Shown one piece after another: positions 55,417-64,000 of a DNA stretch of 64,000 nt. Position 1 is the stretch's first letter, and each line of letters opens with the position of its first letter. Location of the stretch: NCBI GenBank assembly GCA_964016885.1, contig OZ024751.1, positions 53,754,001 to 53,818,000 of the forward strand. Direction: 5' to 3'. The notes beneath the pieces are model-generated. The model ran no database searches. It had not been told where the DNA came from and saw only the letters and a list, made by a program, of their open reading frames with translations. The DNA is from Eledone cirrhosa (taxonomy: Eukaryota). The position numbers were made by a program, and so were the translations under genes.

Positions 55417-55510
55417 GGGATACATGATATGAAGGTTAAAAAACACTTGAGTAGTTGATTTAAAACTTCACTATTCACAAGTGTTTTTTAACCTTCATAT
55501 CATGTATCCC

Positions 55511-55581
55511 TATTTCATCTGATGAAAACGCAGATATCATCTCATGATGATATTTGTTTTTGAAATGCACATCATAAAATA
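55511..55581 (+). ncRNA. Type I hammerhead ribozyme
   Basis: tatttcat-CTGATGA-aaacgcagatatcatc-tcat-gatgatatttgttttt-GAAA-tgcaca-TC-ataaaata. Confidence 0.8.
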
Positions 55582-56120
55582 CTTGGAACTCTTTTAACCA
55601 TCTTTTGATCTTATATTATTTATATATATATATATATATATAAACTATACACATACATACTAATAGGCACATATATTTATGTGTATATATGTATGTATAC
55701 ATACATATGTTTGCATATATGTATGTATATATATGTATGTATGAATACATATATATATATATATATATATTTACACACACACACACACACACACACATAC
55801 ATACATACATATATATATACACACATATACACAGACACGTGGACACCCACAAATATGCCAAGAGTGATATTGAGAGGGAATCATGTGGATATAAATGTCA
55901 TATATTCACATTACACCGGGGATGATTCTTCTGCTATCATATAGATCATAGATGAAAACAGGCTCTCATGCACACTTATATATATATATATAAAACGAAG
56001 GAAATGTGGTGGAGCATAACGTACAAAAGTACTCAATACTTAGGGTAGTAGAGTGGGTAATTTTAGTCCAGAATTAGCCGTCAAAACGGCTTGAGCTCAG
56101 CCGCCAGGGTCCTACTCGTT

Positions 56121-56172
<52 letters not shown>

Positions 56173-56185
56173 CATATATATATAT

Positions 56186-57397
56186 ATATGAAAAAAGTTT
56201 GTCCTTCATCAGTGATCTTCCAACCATCATAGGCATTTCATCGCTTTAAAGACCATATACCTCCGGTTGGTGCGAGCAACGGCTAAAAAAAGTCGTTGGG
56301 ACACGTAAATAAAGGGGACGCGAGGGTAAACAACAAAATGGTGAGGCAACAGAAAGTGAGGAAGAAGGAGACAAGTCCCAGATTTCTATGAATTTAAGTT
56401 CGGTGAAATCGTGAACGAGAGAATAAAGACCATCAAACCTGGTTGAAATGTGAGCAAGGAAGGAATTTCGCGCAGGTCTAACGGGAGGAAGAAGGGGTCT
56501 GGTCTGCGAATTCGGTAAACATAAGTTCTGTGAAATCGTAGACGAGGGAGAAAAAATTCCGACCAGCTTGGCCGAGAATGTGAGAGAAAAGAGTTACTCA
56601 CAGGTCAAACGGGAAGAAAGAGGAGGAGGAGGAGAGGTAGTGACAGAGAATGAGTGAGTGAAGGGTGAGGTGAGGAAGAGGCTAACAGAGAGAGAGACTG
56701 CTAGAAAGGGTAAAGATACATAGAACGAAAAAGACGGTGTAGCAGCAGAGGAAAAAATATGTGTAAATATGATAATAAGGGCGCTGCGGAGTTGCAAATG
56801 GGTTCTGCTGCTACACCGTCTTTTTCGTTCTATGTATCTTTACCCTTTCTAGCAGTCTCTCTCTCTGTTAGCCTCTTCCTCACCTCACCCTTCACTCACT
56901 CATTCTCTGTCACTACCTCTCCTCCTCCTCCTCTTTCTTCCCGTTTGACCTGTGAGTAACTCTTTTCTCTCACATTCTCGGCCAAACTGGTCGGAATTTT
57001 TTCTCTCTCGTCTACGATTTCACAGAACTTATGTTTACCGAATTCGCAGACCAGACCCCTTCTTCCTCCCGTTAGACATGCGCGAAATTCCTTCCTTGCT
57101 CACATTTCAACCAGGTTTGATGGTCTTTATTCTCTCGTTCACGATTTCACCGAACTTAAATTCATAGAAATCTGGGACTTGTCTCCTTCTTCCTCACTTT
57201 CTGTTGCCTCACCATTTTGTTGTTTACCCTCGCGTCCCCTTTATTTACGTGTTCCAACGACTTTTTTTTAGCTGTTGCTCGCACCAACCGGAGGTATATG
57301 GTCTTTAAAGCGATGAAATGCCTATGATAGTTGGAAGATCACTGATGAAGGACAAACTTTTTTCATATGTAACCCATTTGCAACTCCGCAGCCCCCT

Positions 57398-57403
<6 letters not shown>
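56186..57403 (+). mobile_element. Large fold-back element family E (~560-bp arms)
   Basis: Arms 56186-56749 and 56804-57368 (mirror ORFs in the track), ~35-bp tail 57369-57403, CTGATGA near the arm end, (TA)n flanks. Confidence 0.88.
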
Positions 57404-57446
<43 letters not shown>

Positions 57447-57449
<3 letters not shown>

Positions 57450-60400
57450 TCATCATCATCGTTTTATGTCCGTTCTTCCATGCTAGCATGGGTTAGACGG
57501 ATTGTCCTGTTGTGGGCAGTGTCTGGTCGGCTGACCATGCCTTGCTCATACAGGAACTGATTTGGCTTCATTTCTACAACTGGATGCCCTTCCTAACACC
57601 AACCTCATTTACAGTGAGTGCTGGGTGCTTTTTCGTGGCGTCTACATGTCCACTTTACAGTGTGGGCTGGGTGCTTTTTTGCCGTGGCACCTCCACGACC
57701 ACCTTGCAGTGGGAGGGTGTGGGGGCATATTGTCTATATGCTTCAGCTTGTACCCATGGCAGGTTGGGTACTCTGTATTACTGCGTGATGCCAGAGGTCA
57801 CGGTCGTGTGTCATCACCTTGGAGAGGTGTAATTGGGTAAGGTTGGCATTTATCACCTCATCCCAGGTCATCTTGGGTCTCCCCACTCTGCGGTTTCCAT
57901 CGACTTCTAGTGCTCTGCACCTTTTTATGCAGCTGTCATCCTTCATACGCATCACATGTCCATACCAACGCAACCGCCTCTCCTGCACACAGCATTTGAT
58001 TCCTTTTATGCTCAGTCTCTCTCTCAATTCATTTATGCTTTGTCGGTCGCGTATATTACTATTACACATCCATCGGAGCATGCAGGCTTCATTTCTCTCT
58101 AATCTACGTAAGTCTTCCACCTTCAGTGCCCAGGTCTCACTACCATGTAACATTGCTGTTCGGATACATGCATCATACAGTCTGCCTTTCATTTTGAGGG
58201 AGAAGCCTTTTGCAGCTAGCAGTGGCAGTAGTTCCCTGAACTTCTTCCATCCAGTTCTTACCCTAGTTATTGTACTTTCTGAACACCCACCTCCGCTGCT
58301 AATTCGGTCACCTAGGTAGCAGAAGCTGTCTACTGTCTCTACAGAGCCCCCCCCCCCCCCCCCCCAGAGATTGGTGGTACTTGTTTCCTGTGGCTGATTG
58401 CTGCTTGCTGTCTCAGTACAGCTGCTGTATGTGAATCCTACATTCTTAATTAAGCTTCCTGAGATCCCGCTACATCTCTTGTGTACCCATTGTTTGCATT
58501 TGGGGCAGAGAATGGAGTTCCTACCTACACCTTTCCTACATACTGAGCAAGGCCATTTCCCTGAGGGGATCTGGGTTCTGTTTTCTCATCTACTTACAAG
58601 GACCTTAGTCTTTGTCATGTTGACTTTGAGACCCTTTCTTTCTAGTCCCTGCTTCCAAGTTTGGAATTTCTTCTCTAGTTCTACCATAGATTCAGCTATA
58701 AGTGCGAGGTCATCAGCATACAGGAGTTGCCATGGGCATCCGGTCTTAAACTCCTCCATTATTGCCTGCAGGACTATGATGAACAGGAGAGGGCTAAGAA
58801 CAGAGCCCTGGTGGACACCAACCTGTGCGCTAAATTCCTCGCTATACTCATTGCTAATCCTAATTTTGCTGACTGCTCCCCTATACATGGCTTGTACAGC
58901 TTTCACAAGCCATTCATCTACTCCTAGTTTTCTAAGAGCCCACCAGATTACAGCACGTGGAACTCTGTCAAAGGCTTTCTTGAGATCGACGAATGCCAGG
59001 TAGAGTGGCTTACTTTTAGCTAGGTACTTTTCCTGTAACTGCCTCACAAGGAAGAGGGCATCAGTGGTGCCTCTTCCTGGTACAAACTCAAATTGCATCT
59101 CCTCTAGTTTCACCCGGTCCCTAATCAACTGTGTTGTAACTCTTTCTGTTACTTTCATGACCTGGTCCATCAGCTTTATACCTCTATAGTTTCCTCTATC
59201 GAGTGCATCACCTTTACCTTTGTAGCAGTTGACAATGATGCTAGTGCACCAATCTTTTGGTATGACACCTTCTAGTATTACCTGGTTAACAATATGTGTG
59301 GTTATAGTGTGACCTACAGACCCAGATGCCTTCAGCATCTCGGCAGCTATACCCGATGGACCGGTTGCTTTCCCCATCTTCATATCTTTGATTGCCTTAC
59401 TTACTACGCTGCTGATGACTTGTACTGCTGGCCCCTCTATAGGGTCTACTTGGGGTAGGGTCTCTTCTTCCCATGCATTCTCCTCATTTAGTAATCTATC
59501 ATAATGACTCTTCCATGCATCTTTCTTCTCAGCACTTGTGAGGGCAAGCTCACCTTTATCATTCCTGATACACTTCTCTCCAATGACATCACAATTCTCT
59601 CTGACACACTGCCTTGCAATCTTGAATACCTCCTGTTTCTGGTCCTCTCGTTGCAAAACATGCTTGAATTTTCTATCCTCTGCTTCCCTCCTAGCTAAGT
59701 ATACTTGTCGCCTAGCTTCCCTCTTGGTCTCTATGTAATGTACCCTGCTCCCCCCGTTCTGCCATTCTTTCCATGCCTGTCTCTTGGCCTTAACTGCCTC
59801 ATCTACCTTATTGTTCCACCACCAAGTCACTCTCCTCCTGCTTGTGGTCTTACTCCAGCCACAGACCTCATCCATCGCCTCTAGTAAGTTATTTTTTAGG
59901 AACTCCCAGTGCTCTTCTACATTGAATGTCTCTATCTGTTCTTCTCTACTGTCATAGGCGTTGAGTAAAATAACTTTAAATCTGTTACTGGCTGAGGGGT
60001 CTTTCAGCTTCCAGATCTTTCTTCTCCAGGTTGGCCTCTGTTTCAGGGTTCGTCTAGTTCTGACCGTGAGGTCGCTGACAACTAAGCTATGTTGGGAGGT
60101 ACATTCCTCACTAGGGAAGGCTTTTGTGTTTATGACCGTCCATCTGTCACGTCCTCTGACGAGGATAAAATCTATCTGACTAGAATGCTCCCTTGATCTA
60201 TAGGTGATCAGGTGGTTGTCGGGTTTTTTAAAGTTTGTGTTACATATCGACATGTCATTGGCGTCGCAGAATTCTAGAAGTCTGAATCCTTCTTCATTTC
60301 TTGTGCCAACCCCATGGCCTCCATGGACTCTATTGAAGCCGTCATAGTGTTTACCTACATGTCCGTTAAAATCTCCTGCGAAGTCATTGTCGTTTGTTAG

Positions 60401-60983
60401 AGCAGTAGTGTGCATTAGGGACTCGTAAAGTCTATCCTTAAGTTCGTCTGGCAACCCTGATTGGGGTGCGTAGGCTGATAATCCCGCCGAGGTTGACTTT
60501 GCCTTTCATCCTTACGGGGTCGATAAAAAAAAGTACCAGTAATGCACTGGGTAATTGCTGGCCTTGTGCCTAAAGTAGAAACAATTATTGTGGTAATTGT
60601 TTTATTCAGGACTAGTCTGAGTTTAATGATTCTTGCATTTATCCTGTACACTGAGATTACTTTATCTACCCACTTGTCAGTTAGTAGTATACCTACACCA
60701 CCCATCCCATCGTCATTTCCCACCCAGAAAAATTTGTAGCACTGACTTTTTCCTACAAGGACTCTAGCAGACTCTCCTCTCCATCTAGTCTCTTGCACAC
60801 AACATACATCAATTTCCTTTCGCTCTAGCATTTCTACGATTTCTCCTGCTCTTCCTTTCATTGTGCTTACATTGATGGTACCAACTCGGAGTTTTGGGCA
60901 TTTGTCGACACTCGTAGGGAAGGGTCGATTTTTGCAAGGGTGTGTGCTTCCTCTCTCTGGATTGGGGCTTCACATGGGTGCTT
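57447..60983 (-). mobile_element. Near full-length RTE LINE (disrupted)
   Basis: APE (VGTINV..CVQETRW..GDFNGHVG..IDFIL), RT (NYRGIKL, FVDLKKAFD, GVHQGS, LLYADD), Cys-rich insert WPCSVC..CPKCKQWVHKRC, 3' UTR with (GAT)n tail. Premature stop at ~58586, poly-C expansion at ~58347, SINE insertion. Confidence 0.93.
60480..60588 (+). mobile_element. 5'-truncated Nin-domain SINE inserted in the RTE endonuclease region
   Basis: aatcccgccgaggttgactttgcctttcatcc..agtagaaacaatt interrupts the TII|SAYAPQ codons. Confidence 0.9.
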
Positions 60984-61003
60984 GTATATATATACACACA
61001 TAC

Positions 61004-61122
<119 letters not shown>

Positions 61123-61143
61123 CATACACACACATACATATAC

Positions 61144-61176
<33 letters not shown>

Positions 61177-61201
61177 GACATATATATATATACACACATA
61201 C

Positions 61202-61262
<61 letters not shown>

Positions 61263-61549
61263 CACATATATATATATACATATATATACACACACACACA
61301 TATATACACATTCATAGACATACATTTTTGCACATGTACATAAATATATATATTTCTTAAGGTTTGTTGGTTCACCACTGGATAGAACTGGTCATTCCGT
61401 ATGGTCAATCCTGGTGTAATATTGTGAAGAGTACTCAACGCAGTGCAGTTCACCAATCTTCGTTTGTGTAGTTGGTGGTGCGAATACGGAGTTAATTATA
61501 AATGAAATAACAGGAGGCTGGACTGGTGTAAATCCTTGAAAGATTTATT

Positions 61550-61607
61550 ATACTATGATCATTTCAATGACTGGGTTCCATATGAATCCGGTGATATCAT
61601 CAGGTAT
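61550..61607 (-). ncRNA. Type I hammerhead ribozyme
   Basis: Reverse complement of 61762-61819. Confidence 0.75.
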
Positions 61608-61761
61608 TGGAATATAACAAAGGAATATGTAAAAAGCCATGGGTCCGAAAAACCAGAGACAGATAGGGCGCAGCTGGCTGTGAAGCTAGTTGGTCAGCCG
61701 CCCTATCTGTCTCTGGTTTTTCGGACCCATGGCTTTTTACATATTCCTTTGTTATATTCCA

Positions 61762-61819
61762 ATACCTGATGATATCACCGGATTCATATGGAACCCAGTC
61801 ATTGAAATGATCATAGTAT
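61762..61819 (+). ncRNA. Type I hammerhead ribozyme
   Basis: atac-CTGATGA-tatcaccggattc-atatg-gaacccagtcatt-GAAA-tgatca-TA-gtat. Perfect palindromic helix III, imperfect stem II. Confidence 0.75.
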
Positions 61820-62075
61820 AATAAACCTTTCAAGGATTTACACCAGTCCAGGCTCCTGTTATTTCATTTATATATATATATATATATATTCCCACACATG
61901 TATATATATATACACACAAACAAACAGGAACTTATATTGGTATTTCTCTCAGAATACATTCTTGATATATAATATATAAACAATGATGATGATGATGATG
62001 ATGTTCATGATGAAATATGAATAAAAATTGACACCTGTGCACACACAGGTATATATGGACATACACATAGACATA

Positions 62076-62108
<33 letters not shown>

Positions 62109-62110
62109 CA

Positions 62111-62503
62111 TGAGGGTAATCCCAAAAGTAAGGTCTCCAAAGCGATGGGGATGCAGAGAAACTGTTCGTACGGCTGTTGGCAACACTGTTGTGATTGGTG
62201 CTTCCTTCGCTCCCAAACAAGCATGCGCGCGCTTCGCTGGGATGCTCAATCTTGGCTTGGCAGCCGTTGGGAATGCAGCTCCCATTGAACGCTACCGCCA
62301 AGTGCGAATTTCGCGCAGTTATTATTTAGAGGGCAATCCCAAAAGTAAAGTCTCTTTCCGAGGAAAACATGCGTAAAGATCGGTGGATCACTCTGGAAGC
62401 TCTCTGCATTTTGGTTCCTGAGGTTTCCCGAAGCAGCACCCACAGGATTTTAACGGAAAAGTTGCAATATCGGAAGGAGACCTTATTTTTGGGATTGCCC
62501 TCG
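62111..62503 (+). mobile_element. Rearranged mariner derivative with three TIR copies
   Basis: TIRs at 62111, 62329 and 62476-62503; intervening pieces match the 5' region and mid-transposase of 30631-31551. Confidence 0.88.
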
Positions 62504-62701
62504 TGTGTATATATATATATATACATATATATAATGTGTGTATGTATATATATATGTATATATATATATATATATATATTTATGTATATGTATGTATATA
62601 TGCATATATATATGTATATATGCATATATATATGTATATATATATAAAATAATATACACACACATACCTATATGCATACATGTACATATATATGTATATA
62701 G

Positions 62702-62733
<32 letters not shown>

Positions 62734-62968
62734 GCACACATATACATATATATATATATATGTACACATACACACACACATACATATATATATGTACACA
62801 CCTATATATATATATGTAGCTAATGTTAAATACTACTCACTATATTGTTTACATACTGTCATTACTGTCAATACATTTCTGATGTTGTTGTTGTTGATTT
62901 TCTGTTGGCTTTTCTGTTTATTGCTCTTGTTTTATTACTATTATTGTCGTTTTATTGTATTTCATTAT

Positions 62969-63156
62969 GGTGGATTGGCAGTATCGGTAGAGGGTCGGAC
63001 GCCATGCTTTGCAGCAAAGAGTTACGGCCCTTTATGGTCTGAGTTCAAATCCCGCCAAGGTTAACTTTGCCTTTCATCCTTACGGAGGTAGATAAAATAA
63101 AGTACCAGTAATACACTGGGGTAATTGCTGGCCTTGTGCCAAAAGTAGAAACAATT
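62969..63156 (+). mobile_element. Nin-domain tRNA-SINE
   Basis: A and B boxes, Nin core, tail ..AAAAGTAGAAACAATT. Confidence 0.9.
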
Positions 63157-63346
63157 ATATTATATAGGCGAGGAGAGTGGGATGTATGACATTTGCAGAT
63201 CTCATATGCCCTGGTGATGTTGATGTGGTTGTGTGTATTGTTTTTGTTATTGTTGTCTTTGTTGTTGTTGATAATGTGGTCATTATTGTTTTTGCAGATA
63301 TTATTGTATTTGTTAATAGGGCGGTGATATTATTGTATTTGTAAGA

Positions 63347-63534
63347 GGGCGGTGGATTGGCAGTATCGGTAGAGGGTCGGACGCCATGCTTTCCAGCATA
63401 GTTACGTCCCTTTACCATCTGAGTTCAAATCCCGCCGAGGTTGACTTTGCCTTTCATCCTTACGGGGTCGATAAAATAAAGTACCAGTAATGCACTGGTA
63501 ATTGCTGGCCTTGTGCCTAAAGTAGAAACAATTA
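63347..63534 (+). mobile_element. Nin-domain tRNA-SINE with TSD-like flanks
   Basis: As above; attattgtatttgt occurs on both sides. Confidence 0.9.
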
Positions 63535-64000
63535 TTGTATTTGTTAATATTGCTGTTGTTATTTTATAGTTGTTGGTTATATTTCGATTGTTGTGCTTGA
63601 GTTTCTCTGTATGTTGATGTTCACAGGCTAAACATCTACAATAATTCTACAACCAAATTCCTGAATATTTCAAAATTATTTGGAAATCAAAGACAGCATC
63701 TTTCATTCTAAATATACTATAACACATTGCAGATAGATGATCTTAAGTCGGCTTTTTTGAAGACCACTATGTTAAGATAGACTTCTCCTGATGAAGGGCA
63801 GAATATCCTAATTGCATAATATCTGCTGATATTAGGTAACTCTTTGCATATAACACTTTTAATAACAACTGTTTTAGGCAAAATGCTGTGCAGAAACAGT
63901 ACTGTCTGGGATTTTTGATATGTGAGTATCATTACTCAACAACAGCCATCTTATATACTTACTGATTGACTATTAGTGTGCACTCTGACAATTCGTTTGC

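Larger units (their letters stand above)
55226..55624 (-). mobile_element. Fold-back hammerhead element, family D
   Basis: Tail 55226-55302, arms 55303-55449 and 55478-55624, (TA)n flanks. Confidence 0.88.
61354..61872 (-). mobile_element. Fold-back hammerhead element, family F
   Basis: Tail ~61354-61496, arms 61497-61670 and 61699-61872, hairpin spacer, TA-rich flanks. Confidence 0.88.

Noticed and set aside
63783-63845. CTGATGA-agggcaga..tctgct-GATA hammerhead-like motif
   Set aside because: GAAA is replaced by GATA and stem I does not close convincingly; a possible dead copy, not called.

Overview
Eukaryotic, repeat-saturated, apparently intergenic or intronic DNA; no host gene is confidently recognisable. 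The very dense (TA)n/(CA)n tracts, Nin-domain SINEs and RTE families suggest a cephalopod (octopus-like) genome, which is an inference. Nearly all ORFs in the supplied track are microsatellite translations. Real content: (1) a near full-length Penelope-like element (PLE) with a coiled-coil ORF1 and an RT+GIY-YIG ORF2 joined at a correctly phased U-UUU-UUA -1 slippery site, with direct and inverted pLTRs, plus fragments of two other PLE lineages; (2) two near full-length and several truncated RTE LINEs; (3) three tRNA-SINE types, one sharing its 3' tail with a resident RTE; (4) mariner, hAT and pogo-like DNA transposon derivatives; (5) a 6.7-kb 25-bp minisatellite, a 2.2-kb GATA-type tract and a 200-N gap. 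The most notable signal is about 12 recognisable type I hammerhead ribozyme motifs. Most lie in at least 4 sequence-distinct families of non-coding fold-back elements inserted in (TA)n, with a shared layout: tail, antisense arm, spacer, sense arm. Three more fold-back families have the same layout but only partial ribozyme motifs. Coordinates were read by eye and may be off by a few bases.
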